Shown here in pieces: positions 13,101 to 25,150 of a stretch of DNA of 64,000 nucleotides (positions within the stretch are counted from its first letter, which is position 1; each line of letters begins with the position of its first letter). The notes under the pieces were generated by a model, which had not been told where the DNA came from, ran no database searches, and worked only from the letters and a program-made list of their open reading frames with translations. A program made the position numbers and the translations under genes. Where the stretch lies: assembly GCA_050084985.1 (NCBI GenBank), contig JBITNC010000001.1:7936001-8000000 (forward strand). The letters run 5' to 3'. This DNA is from Nageia nagi (lineage: Eukaryota > Plantae > Pinophyta).

Positions 13101-13475
13101 CGTGGGGGAAGGTATCATATCGAGATCTAATAAAATAGGGGTTGTTTGAGATGCAAGTGAGTTGAAAGCAGCTACGATGGCTTGGGGAGTTAAATTTAAA
13201 ATAATTTTGCCTTGTAAGTCCCTAACTACCCTGTCTAATGGATCAAAATCTCCCTTTATCAATTCAATTAGTTTTGGTGCAGGAATACATCTATGTGGAA
13301 TTAAGTACATCAAACTAGAACCCATAGGTGGATGCATAATATGATTAAAATTAAAAACTAGGCACTTATCTTCAATTGTGCCTTTTGGGTTCTTATCTTT
13401 CGTAGTGATCTCGGTATCCCATAACAACTCCATGGAGTCGGTGAACTTCAAATTCTTACCCTAAGCATGAGACAT
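10200..13475 (-). pseudogene. Extra ORF downstream of integrase in the Tat element (sense orientation, degenerate, coiled-coil C-terminus)
   Basis: ORF fragments 13077..13451, 12778..12999, 11630..11908 and 10922..11218 are all on the minus strand; S/T/P-rich middle, heptad-like K/E/L-rich end (EVKYNKVLKSNESLKKQLELQNSKLK). Boundaries approximate. Confidence 0.65.
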
Positions 13476-13899
13476 TTAAATTGCTTTGAAACATAGAGGC
13501 TAACCTCAAATACTGATTCTCTTACTATAATAATGCTTTCAAACTCCTTGCTTTTCAAAAAACTTGGATACTAGATGCTCTAAACTTGGAAATCCTATCT
13601 GCTCGAAAAACTTTGTGCTCAAATAAAACCAATTGCTTAGGGATATAGAGTTTTTTCTCAAATGCCTTCAAACCCTTGCATGAATAATGCATTTATGTTT
13701 TCATTAAAGGTGAATCATGTATATTCCCTTATTTAGTATTCTCTACACAATGTAATGATTGAGCCAACTTCATTAAATGCTAACAAGGCTTTGTTGGAAA
13801 CCAGGACCTTGAAACAACAAATAAAATAAATGCATAAAGCAAACACACTTAAGAAATATTTATAATATTTACAAGATGATGCATATCTATTTCAACTTA

Positions 13900-15150
13900 A
13901 CTCCCTGTCCATGCAGGTCGATAATGCTTTAAATGTTGGCCATTTACTGTAATCAATAATTCATGCCCATCAAACTTGGCCAATACACAGGCATTCTCTA
14001 TAATACATTTTGCTATTATATAAGGCTTGGACCATAATAATTCAAACTTCATATGTTTTACTAGCTTTTCACTATCCTCATCCCATTTTCAATGATGCTT
14101 TTCGGCTATCAAACCATTTCTTTACAATTTTTCTCCTTCTTTGTAAATTGATGTAAGCTTTTTCCCAAGATTCCTTGAGGTGCAATAATTCATTCATCTA
14201 GACTTACAACAATTCAAAGTCACCACTATATTCTTGAGCAATCCTTAGGGCTGAGAGCTCTATGTGATTGGGAAATTGAGCCCTTTTGCCATATACAAGT
14301 GCATAAGGACTAGTTTTTATTGAAGATTTAATGGTAATCCTCTTCGCCCATAAGGCCCAATTTAACTTCTTATGCCATGAACGAGGATTATCCTCCATTA
14401 TCCTTTTCAATTCTCACAAGATTTTTGTTGGTAGATTCAACCAATCCATTTCCTTGAGGGTAATAATTTGAATAAGCTTTCCAGTAAATACCATACTTCA
14501 AAACAAACTTATATACTTTAGCTCCAAAGAAAGCTGAACAGTTATCAGATATAATTGTTTGGAGGATGCCATACCTAGTTATTAGTTTTTCGATGAACTT
14601 GATAATGGTTTTCTGATCTACTTCTCTAACAGCTTCAACCTCTGACCACCTGGTAAAATAATCAATTGCATTGAGAATAAATTTGTGTTTAGTTGAAGAA
14701 TTAGGATTAATAACCCCAATGAAATCCACACCCCATTGCTAGAAGGGTTCTTTTACAATAATTGGTTGTAATGGTAGAGCTACATTTCTCCTACGGCCTA
14801 CAAATTTTTGATATTTCTCATAGTTTTTGTCTTTCGCAAATGCCTCATAGAACATGGTAGGCCAGTAATATCCTGCCTATACAATTATGCCTACTGTAGT
14901 ATAGCCGGAATAATATCCCTTGAAAACCTCAAAATGGAATTATTTGATTAACTAGGTAGTTTTGGATGAAGACACACACCTTAACAAGACCTCATCATGG
15001 TTTCTTCTATAGAGAACCTAATTTATCTCTATATAATTTTGTGCATGAATCTTAAATCTTCCTTTTTGTGAGGCATTGAGATGTAGAGGCAATTTTTTGG
15101 TCTGAAAGTACTTACCCAACTAAGACATCCAATCTCTTACTTCATCATCA
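13900..15150 (-). pseudogene. Integrase of the Tat element
   Basis: DFIGVINP, AIDYFTRWSE, IISDN, YYPQGNGLVESTNK, WHKKLNWALWA..TSPYALVYG. Confidence 0.92.
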
Positions 15151-15200
15151 GGACTTGCATCCAAATTTTTTAGTTCTATGAAATACATAATTTTTTCTCC

Positions 15201-16766
15201 TCAATTCATTTTGCTTGCTAACTGTTTGCAAAGAGCTCTTCCCCTTATAAGCTTGGTAAGGCAAATTTCTATGTCATATTTAAGGATTTTAGAGATCCAT
15301 CCAAGTCTTCTCTCACCCATCTCACCCTGCATAATATAAGACTTGACATCCAGGTGAATAGTTAGGACCAATATTTTACTTTGAGCTACATAATGTTTCA
15401 ACTTGCTAAGGGCCTTTAAGATTGCTAACACTTATTTTTTGATGAAAGTGTATTTTTCTTTGCAACTATTCATAGTTTAACTGAAGAAGGCTATAAGATG
15501 TTCATTATTATTGTCATCTTTCTATGTTAACATAGCGATAACACTTACATAGGAACCATATGCATATAATATGAATTCTTTGTTAAAATTCAAATTTCTT
15601 AATACCGAATCTTTGGTTATTGTTAATTTGATTTGTTCAAAAGCCAACTTCCCTTCTTCATTCCATACAAAAGATGTATCTTTTTTTAACATTGTGGTAA
15701 TAGGTCTAATAATACCTGAGAAATCATGAATAAATATTCTTACAAAGTTTATCGATCTTAGAAAAGACTCCAATGCTTTTCTATTAAAAGACAGAGATAG
15801 TCTATTAATAGCTTCAACTCTATCTGGATCGATCGACCATCCTTCTTTGGAAATGACATGACCCAAAAGTTTGCCTTCATTTACTATAAAGATAGACTTG
15901 TTTGGGTTAATGGAGATTCCAAAATTCTTGCATTTCATAAAAGCCTATTCTAGATGTCGAATATGGTATTCTTTCTTGTGTGAGAATATAGTAATATCAT
16001 CTAGATATACCAATAAGCTTTTATTTATCAAATCCCTAAAAGCATGATCCATTGCTCTTTGGAAAGTGGCTTCGGCATTAATTAGCCCAAAAGGCATTCT
16101 TTGAAAAGCAAAAGTTCCCCATTTTTTGGTAAAGGCAATTTTGAATTGATCTTCATTCTTAACCCATATTTGATTGTATCTAGAGAAACCATGTTTTAGA
16201 GAGAAGCATTTCGCTCTAGCTATAGTGTTCAATATTTATTCCATTATGGGAAAAGGATAATGATCTTTCAAAGAAACCCTATTGAAACCTCTAAAATCTA
16301 CACATAATTGGATCTCTCCATTCTTTTTCCTGATAGGCACCAAGTTAGCTACCCATGTAGAATGCTTTATGGGATAAATTATACCAACTTTGTACAACTT
16401 CAATACTTCCTATTTCATGGCAAGCTTTATCTTAGGATTGACAGGCCTTTGTTTTTGTCTTATGGGTTTAGCATCCTTGATTAATTCAATGGTATGTTGG
16501 ATTATAGATTTATCAAACATCTTTAGATCCTCATAAGACCAAACAATTATATTAGCATACACTTTGCACAATTGTATGATCTTCTTAGTCTCTTGAAAGT
16601 TATTGCATGTACCAACTTTAATAAGTTTTTCAAGAAATATTTCACATTCTCTAAAATTATTAGGGTTAATGTTAATACCCCTCCTTTTCACTTGATCTTT
16701 TCTATCGAATAACCCTTTAAATGGAATTAGATCCTTTGGAATGGTGTTATTATTCAGTTGAATCAC
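15201..16766 (-). pseudogene. Reverse transcriptase and gypsy RNase H of the Tat element
   Basis: IQHTIEL..DAKPIRQKQR, GFSRYNQI, MPFGLINAEATFQRAM, VYLDDITIFS, GKLLGHVIS, WISKILKYDIEI. Confidence 0.95.
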
Positions 16767-17033
16767 ATCCTATTCCCTAAAACAACCTAGATCTTCTTCT
16801 CCAATAGCATGGCACATAGACTGTTGTAAAAAAAATTGATTTACTTGAGCTTCATCTTGAAAAACCTACCAAAAGGAGTCATTATCTAAAACAGAGGGTC
16901 TAAAAATGAGTTGAATTCTCTTTCTTTGAAACTAATCATTTGTGGGATCAAAATTGGCTCCTATTTGAGCTAAAACATCAGCTTTCAAATTGAATTTTCT
17001 AGAGACTAACTGTATATGTAGTGCTTCAAGGTT

Positions 17034-17441
17034 TTAAAATAAATCCCATACCCTATTTTTGTAAGATTTTAGATAATGATGCTTTATAGAACATTTTCCT
17101 GTAACCTGATTCACCACTAATTCTAAGTCTCCTTTGACTATCAAGCATTTGGTCTTCACTTTAATTGCTTGTTCTAAACCAAGACAAAGGGCTTCATATT
17201 TGGCTACATTATTGGTGCACAACCATGTAATCCTATATGAAAACTTGTGGAACTTTTTAGTAGGATCAATCAATACTATTCCAGTGCCTGATCCATTTTT
17301 GGATCTAGCTCCATCGAAGAACATTTCCCAAATCTCACCTTTTCTAAAATCTTCAATAGTAAGTTTGGGTATGAAAGAATTTGGTTCCATCATATAGTAA
17401 TTCCCAAACTCTATATCGTGGATTGTGTTGAGCATATTCAT
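17034..17441 (-). pseudogene. Additional (archaeal-type) RNase H located between protease and RT
   Basis: WEMFFDGARSKNGSGTGIVL..CTNNVAKYEAL..GDLELVVNQV is the typical aRH signature. Confidence 0.92.
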
Positions 17442-17559
17442 AGAATAGGTGTCTTCGATCTAAAATTCTTCTAATAACTAATCTATTTCCTCCAATTGGC
17501 TTAACACTACATTAACTTCCTCTTTTTTTTCAACATGTACATCAGCAATCTTTTCATTA

Positions 17560-17880
17560 TCTAGTCTAACCCTCTTATCTTGGTGGTGAACTCTTAGGAT
17601 AAACATAACCCAAACAAAGGAGGTAGTTCAACCACTACAATTTCTTATGTTATAACCATAGGACACTTGTGCAATTTCACAACTATATCTTTAATAACAC
17701 CAATAGTTTTGACCGATGTGGAATCTAATTGTAATACTCTTATAGATGTCCTTATAAGGGGTAGTCCCATGACATCACATACTACTTTAGGCATGACAGT
17801 AGTGGCTACTCTAAAGTTAAGTAGACAATTATGTAACACATACCCTTTAATCTCTAAAGTCATATAGAAGGATGGGGGGG
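17560..17880 (-). pseudogene. Aspartic protease remnant of the Tat element
   Basis: LHNCLLNFRVATTVMPKVVCDVMGL, a degenerate LLDSGAS-type active site followed by typical downstream residues. Confidence 0.7.
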
Positions 17881-18449
17881 CTTATTTTTTCCCATTCCTA
17901 GATACTTAGATGTTTCAAAAAAATTCAACACCTTATCCATTCCTTCATTTAATGCAACCCAGGACATTCTTAATAGATCAATTTACCCAAAGAATATTTA
18001 ATGCATCAAACAAAGATACCCTAGCCAGAGTTCTTTTCAATTCTTCAATAATATTGAAATCAAGAATAGGTTGAGACTTACCATCTTTATCTACAAATTT
18101 TTGTTAGAATTGTTGAGTATCATCCCTCCTCTGGTGTTTGGGGAGTGAAGGGAATCGTAATTTTTGGATGATCTGGTCACTAGCCTCATCAATTTTAGGC
18201 ATATGTTTATCTTTTGAAACTAAAAATTTATGAGGTAAAACTTCTTTCCCATGTGCTTTATCCTTAAGGCTAGCAATAAAATCAATTTTCTTGACAACCA
18301 TAAGATCCTAGTTATTTGGGGGTTCAAAATTTCTATCTTGGTAATTTGATACATATGTCCTCTTTGCATACCTTATCTCCACAGCAAAGACACCAATGTT
18401 GGATGGAGAAAAATTCATCAAATTCACATTTCAGCTTACATTATTAATC

Positions 18450-19623
18450 ATACCGAGAGGGGAATGCCTCCATTCCTTGAAAAATATTCTTGATACTAAT
18501 AGATAGGGTAGGATTTTTGCTCATGAGCATCATTACAAGCTAGGAAAAAGTTCATGACTTGTCCAAAAGAAAAGATTTGATCCATAGATAGGGTAGGATG
18601 TGCTAATTTTGAAACTTTTCAACAATTGAATATGGGAATCTTCTAGCATTATTTTGTCTACTCAAAAGAATGACTTGTTTAGCTATGTTTTGGCATAAGA
18701 ATTTCAATTCTCGGATCTCTTTCTATGTCGGTACTACCTGATTTACTCCAAATTGAGGTGGAGCAGGTAAAGCCAAAGGTGCTCTTAGGGCAAGCAAGGC
18801 TAGAGAAGATTGTTGCATAAGAAGAGGAATACTAGCCAGAGGCAGGGTCATACAGATTCTTTGAAGGCTTAATACCTATTTTTGAGGTAATGTTGGAAAG
18901 TATGGCATATGCATTCAGCTCGATAGCTTTCGTATAGAGATGAGCTAAGCTTTAGCAAACACTACTTGCCTATAGATTTCTGAAAATGTATTAACATCAA
19001 AATTCTAAATTTGAAATGAAAGATTCGAAGGGATGGCTCTTAGGTAATAAATCAATGCTTGAGATTACTGAAGCCTAACTGACACCGAGACTCTCTTCCA
19101 AAACTTTTAGAACCTGATGTTGAAGTATGAAATCTTCTCCTGTTCATATCTCTTAATAGATGTGAATTGGGTTAACAAGGAGAAAGGATATCCTACTTCA
19201 TTGAATTCTAAAATAAAGGGCTCTACCAATTGGGCCTATGAAGTAACAGATCCACTAGCAAGGCCTCAGTACCAATCAAGGAACTTACCCTTAAATGACT
19301 ACATCAGCAATCTCACCATAACATCTTCATGTTGAATATTATGAATCTTAGCCAGATCGGCTACATCCACACAGTGCTCATAAGCTAAAGATATCGTGTA
19401 AAATAGCTAAGGCTATGGGTACCCCATTGCCCCATGCAGGATAGATATTTGGAGCAACATTGGCCATGTTTGAAAGATAAAAAGGTACTGGTTTATAATA
19501 AGTTACTAAAGTATTAATACTACTCAAATATTTAGACTTGATCAGGGTCTTTTTGTTTGGAGTACCAAGTTCTTTACATTCTATAACTTCTTTTGTTGCC
19601 TTAGATTTGGATCTTGTCCACAT
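18450..19623 (-). pseudogene. Gag remnant of the Tat element
   Basis: Starts MWTRSKSK (M.TRS-type N-terminus); NIQHEDVMVRLL...GKFLDWY-type Gag core at ~19270-19345. Confidence 0.7.
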
Positions 19624-19710
19624 ACACTCTAATAGCAACACAAAACTATGGGTTTTGAAAATGAAATGATGAATATAAAAGATCTTCTTGTATACGTACC
19701 ACCATTTTTG

Positions 19711-19758
19711 CTTTCAGCAGAGTCACTAATAAATTTTTGCATCCCACTGGACATGCTA
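19711..19758 (-). promoter_or_regulatory. Two tandem degenerate primer-binding sites (tRNA-Arg type)
   Basis: Minus strand TAGCATGTCCAGTGGGA (19758-19742) and TAGTGACTCTGCTGAAAG (19728-19711) resemble TGGCACGCCCAGTGGGA and TGGCGACTCTGCTGGGGA; the mismatches are transitions. Confidence 0.7.
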
Positions 19759-19768
19759 AAAGATATAT

Positions 19769-21275
19769 TGTTGATTAAAATTGTGTAATATCTTCACCCA
19801 CTACAATCTTAGTAATAGTATATTATGAATAGACTATTTAAGATAACCTGATATTTGGAGAAGGTCGATTCCTTATACATTGGGCATAAACTATAAAGAA
19901 TAAGTAACTAGAAAGGAGAAAGGGTAAAATTACAAGGAATAAAATAAAAATATAGAGTAATAAGGAATAAAACAAGAGGGTGAATTACTAGTTCAACGTA
20001 GGCTTTCACAGTGTGTGAAACCTTGGCAAGAACCTAATGTAGTAACCACAAAGCAAGCCTTCACTCTCTTAATTATTTTTTAGCATACATTTTACCATTT
20101 AGCAAACACAGTTGTTCCAACACATTGCTATTATTATTCAGGAAACATTCATTAATTATCACAACATAACTAGATTAAAAATAATTGTAACAAGTGCTAT
20201 GAAAGAAAGGTCAATATAGTATCATATTGCTGAGAAAATAAAAGGTCTTCGAAAATAAATAAAAAGGGAAATACTAGGGATTCCACCCTCTATCTATTAT
20301 TACTAATTCTATTTATGCAAAAAATAAAGTAACTCTAATGTAATTGAAAAGATCAAACGGCTGCATAAAAACATCTTAATAGGTCGAATCTTCTTGTTTG
20401 AAGTCTTCTTGATTAGCAGTTACATCTTCTAAATTTTTCTAACCTCTCATGTCTTTCCTAAAATCTTTTGTAATGGTTTGCAGCTTCAATGAGGTTCTCC
20501 ATAACTGTTCCTACTTCTATGGAAGTAAAAAGCTATTTCATAAGTTCTTGAATGCTACTCCAATGGTTCTGAAACATTATGAGCTTTTTTGAGTATTTAC
20601 TTATATATGTGCTTTTCTTCCGGAGCTCTATAGTCATCCTAGAGATGTTGGTTTGTATACTTGGCCTTTCTTATTATTCCTTCTCTTGGGCTTTGTGTTG
20701 AATCAAACTAGAGTTACGAATGCTCTTGGATGACATTGTTTATCTTGAGCCCAATTGTAAGAACAAAAATGGGATCTTCACTTTTTGTGATGTTTCTTTT
20801 GGGGTAATATTCCACTTTGTTCATTTCTCCTTCATCCCATCTTCTCCAAGAGTTGCATATCCTCTTGATGTCATCATCTTTCTTACAGGTTTGGTAATAC
20901 AACAAAAATGAAACTTTGCTACCTCACATGACATCATCTCTCCTCAGACTCCGAAGAAAGAATCAAAAAGGACCTCCACACTTCGTAAACTCTTCTGATG
21001 ATATCATCATCTCCCAGGTCCAATGATATGACAAAAATAAAACTTCATTATTTTGTATGATGTCATCTCTCCTTGGGATCAAAAAAAGAATCAAAAATAA
21101 CCTTCGCACTCCATAAACTCTTCTGATGACATCATCATCTCCCAGGTCCAATTATGCTTAGCTTATTTTCATATGAAAGACTCTGAAATCTCCATAACTA
21201 CAAAAAGATGCTTTGAATACATTGAATATTCTTTCAAAAGCTTCTCAAAAATGTAGATTTATATATAAGTATATA
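19769..21275 (-). repeat. 5' LTR of the Tat element
   Basis: Adjacent to the PBSs; colinear with 8516..10021. Confidence 0.92.
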
Positions 21276-21280
21276 GTGCC

Positions 21281-21804
21281 TTTGATTCATTATTTTGTAA
21301 AGTTAGGGTATTCATGGCATACTCCCTATGTTCATGTAGTAGACAAGCTAAATGTTAATTTCTTCACATTGTTGTTGGCTCTAGCATTTTCAAAGAGTTT
21401 GGGATTCATATATTGAACCAAAACAAAGTTTTTTTTCTTGAAGTTTATTGCATCAAGGCTTATCTCTTATTCCTCGACTTGTGCATCTTGGTATTCAAAA
21501 CCCAACCTATGTTTTTTGTGGTAAACCTAAGGATTTTCTACATGTCTTTTGGTTATGTCATAGGGCCTCTACTACTTGGTCATGGTTATTTGATTTTTTT
21601 CAACCCTTTAAGTTGAATCTTGTTGTTTGGCCTCATGTTTTACTTAAGGATCCTGTAATATCCCCACCTTTTAGATGTTTTCTCATTTTACCTTTGAAAA
21701 ATGGGAATATTAATTTAAGAGTGATTTTATCTATTTTAGTAGAATTTGGCCAAAATATTATAAATTCCACTTGGATACTTAATAAAGCTCTAATTATGGA
21801 ATAA
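21281..21804 (+). mobile_element. L1 ORF2 remnant, segment 4 (C-terminal zinc-binding zf-RVT region)
   Basis: RLVHLGIQNPTYVFCGKPKDFLHVFWLCHRASTTW fits the C-x2-C...H..F.C...W motif of plant L1 ORF2, with the first Cys mutated. Confidence 0.8.
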
Positions 21805-21867
21805 ATGGCCATTTTATTTATTTATTTATGTTTAGTTTAATTACTAAAATGCTAATAATGTTGTATT

Positions 21868-22950
21868 TGTAATACCAAGGCAATTATAATTGTAAATGCA
21901 ATATTAGTCTCCTTAAAAGAGGCATTGCATATTTTGGTGTTGATGATTGTAATATTAACATTTAATGTATATTTGGTCATTAGTGCTCCCCTCTTCTAGG
22001 TAGAGCATCCCCCTAGGTGATTGCATTGACTATGAGGTCATTTGGAGCTTTAAGGTTGGACGTGGAACTTCAAACTAGGTGTTGGCAATCTCAAGGCAAG
22101 TGGACAATTCCATAGCATGGACATTGGGCATGTGAGCATCCCAAGAACCCATGTTGGTCCTCCTAGGCACTTGGACCTATGGCACTTATCATGAGAAACT
22201 CTGGTATCACCCCCTCTTGGAAGTTGGCATTCCTGATCCTTATATGTGATTTTATCCATCCTAAAACTCCATGTGTTGGACGTTGCATACATGAGCACAT
22301 GGATCACATCTCTCCATCGTTGGATCATCTCAATGCAAGATTAGAAAATGATCACCCTCACCTATAAAATGACTCATAGTCATTATGAGATATGTTAATT
22401 TTATTATTAAACCCTTTTTTCTATATTGAGTGTGAGAACTCTTTCTTCGCCACTTGTAGGGCAACTTGCATTTGAGGTATCGAAGAGATAGTAGGCTACC
22501 TTTGAACTTACTCTAGCCATCTTGAGAGGAATGTTGTTGGTTTCATCATAGTTTCTACAAAGGATACTTATTTTTTCCTCACTACTTTTGGGATTGGTGA
22601 GGCCCTGGAACCATCCAACATAACCCTATTTGAGGAAGTCCTGGTACAAGATCCCTTGTTTAGCAAAAATATTGTAATTACGCTTTGCCATTATTTTATC
22701 AATATAATTATATCTTTGTTGTGTCAATTTTCTATTCGTATAATTGTGCTTGGATGTTGAGTTTTGGAGTAGTTATTGCATTGTTCGTATCCTATTTTTT
22801 CTCCCAATTTGTAATGTTGGATTACTAGAGGTATTTTGCATGTTCAAATTCATGTTTGGTATTCCTAACTAGACATTGGGTTTGTACGAGCATTTCGGAT
22901 TATTATTGCTAAATTTATCATCCCTAGCTAGTCATTGAAATATTGGTGCA
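21868..22950 (+). mobile_element. LTR-like fragment, right end unresolved
   Basis: Begins TGTAATACC; CTATAAAA TATA-like box at ~22362 followed by T-rich U5-like sequence; no TSD found. Confidence 0.4.
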
Positions 22951-22979
22951 TTTTTTAGCTTATTTGATCAGTTTTAGAG

Positions 22980-23895
22980 ATAAAATCCAAATGTCTCTCT
23001 CATAGGGCATGTTTAAGGAGTGATTCCTAGAACGACTCATCGCAGATCCTCTCCAATTCAATTTAAACCTTAGAGAGGTTTGGAATAATTTTAGGTGTAG
23101 CACTTTATTTCATCTATGGAAATTATGAAATTCGGCTATTTTAAATCCCCACCAAGTGGTTCTTGCTTTATCTATGGATGATAAATATGATATTTTCTAT
23201 GATTATTAGTTGCAAATATTTGCATAGGTAAACAAAGTATACATTGAAATTCAATAGTTAAAGAACTTTATGGAGTTATGGGGTACAACTCCCTACACTA
23301 TTAGTTGAGTTCCTCCTAGTCCCCTTTTATGGAATGGATCCTACTCTTACTTTGCTTTTCCTAGAGGCCACAGTCATAAGTCCAATCCTCCTTGAGAAAC
23401 ACATTGGTCTAAACCTCCTCCATGCCATTTTTGGTTGGATATTGCTAAAAAGGATTCTTGACATCACTCCTTTGGTTGGGATGTCATACCTTTTGGGCTT
23501 GAGTGCACCTTTATTTTTGGTTGGGTAGACACCCTAGTGATGGATGAGTTATTCCCATCTCTGGTAATGATTGGAGTGGAGCTGATAATCATTTCATTAT
23601 AGAAGGAGGATGGAATCAACCCAACTACTACATTGTTATTGTACAAAATGTTCTAGGATATTATGCAAGGAGAGGATGGAATTATGTATCTACTAAAGAT
23701 AATTTTCATCCAAATACAAACCCAAACACTAATTAATATGTTATGTTTCCTTTTAACTATGATGTGTTTCTTATCCTGATTTTGATTGTTGATCCTTTTT
23801 TGGGGTTGTGATTTGTTAAAGACTTCGGTTAGGTTGATCCACTCTTTTTTGTATTATTAGGCAATATTAATATAATATTATTTCATTCAAAAAAT
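22980..23895 (+). mobile_element. Probable 3' fragment of a second LINE
   Basis: VWNNFRCSTLFHLWKL*N (W.IWK.RN-like motif) at ~23080-23130; ends AATATAATATTATTTCATTCAAAAAA, resembling a short L1 tail. Confidence 0.45.
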
Positions 23896-23902
23896 AATCA
23901 AT

Positions 23903-24172
23903 TCTCTAATACCACTTGTTACAAACCAACTAATAAAAATAACATAATAGTAAAATTTAAATGCAATAGAAGAATAATATCACCATGTAATATAGTGTTA
24001 ATAAATATTGATGTAGTATCTATTACAAATTCCATATAAGCAAGTTACAAGCATAAGTAGATAAAATAAAGGTAAAGGCAATATGAGTGAGGGAAGCATA
24101 GGCTCTCATAGGCAATAGGAACTCGTGCGGGTGCACCTCCTCATATGGCAATGTTGCCATATCCTTATAACA
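23903..24172 (-). mobile_element. Short LTR (23917..24172) with adjacent tRNA-iMet-type PBS; rest of element missing
   Basis: TGTTA...TAACA termini; minus strand reads AACA-AG-TGGTATTAGAG immediately after the LTR. Confidence 0.6.
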
Positions 24173-24589
24173 ATGGGTTAGTGTGACCTCTTCAAGTTGA
24201 AACCTACTGAGAACTAGGGGTTTCTATTAGTGAAAGGAGAGAGGAAAAATGAAGTTCCTTACCTAGGATGCAAGAGCTGAAAGAATATCACAAGAGCATA
24301 AAAGATTACTCGCAAAGAATAAAATGATGGATAAATTAAACATAAGATGCACCTTGCTTAAATAGAAAATAAAATGTACAATATCCACATAATCAAAACA
24401 ATGTTGATCATTGAATTAAAACAACCCAATAAGATGATAACTAAGCACACCTACTAGTGAACTTAAGATAATGTTAACCTAGATACCCAACTAGCTAATA
24501 AAGAAAATAATAGTCAAATAATTAGTACCTACCTTATAGGGATCAAAATTTTGCTTCCACATCCTTAATTTAATCAAGAAATAAACTAT

Positions 24590-25150
24590 ACAAAAGGTAA
24601 TCTTTATTTGATTGGTAAATTTTAGGGTTTAAGCCTAAGCTTGGACGATATTCAAGTATGGGTAAAGAGAAGATGAACCATTAAAAGGGCATTCAAGTAG
24701 TCATTTTATTATATAATCTCATTATCTTCAAATTTGCAAATAATGTAAATGAAGAGGAAATCTTGTGTGGGGGATCTTGATTCTTTGAGAAGTAAGGATT
24801 GTACCTACAACAATATGAGCTTGGATTTTATCCGAATTCAACTCATATTCATATAGTGCAAGTTTGGGTCAACCTCTCAAACTTGCCACTAGAATTTTAG
24901 CATCATAATATTTTTGAAGGAGTGTAAAGGGCATTTGACAAACTAATCTTGGTTGATCCAATGACTACAACAAAAAAGAGGTTTCTTTTGACAAGATAAG
25001 GATTTCCTAAGGCAAGTTAAGTTATTTTATGAAGATGACAATAAAAGAATGTGTGAGATTTAGTATGATAACTTGAATAAGTTATGCTCCAATTGTAAAA
25101 GATTGGTACATCCAATCAAAAATTGAAAACTCAAAAATCATCTCTAAAAA
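24590..25150 (+). mobile_element. Plant L1 ORF1 remnant (DUF4283-like region and zinc knuckle)
   Basis: LIGKF, VQVWVNLSNLPLEF*, KLILVDP and YDNLNKLCSNCKRLVHPIKN match the VWVRLPGLPLEYW and CX2CX4HX4C motifs. Confidence 0.8.

Larger units (their letters stand above)
8516..21275 (-). mobile_element. Full-length degenerate Ty3/gypsy Tat-type LTR retrotransposon (12.76 kb)
   Basis: LTRs 8516..10021 (1506 bp) and 19769..21275 (1507 bp); TSD GTGCC at 8511-8515 and 21276-21280; minus-strand gag, PR, aRH, RT, RH, INT and 3' extra ORF. Confidence 0.95.
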
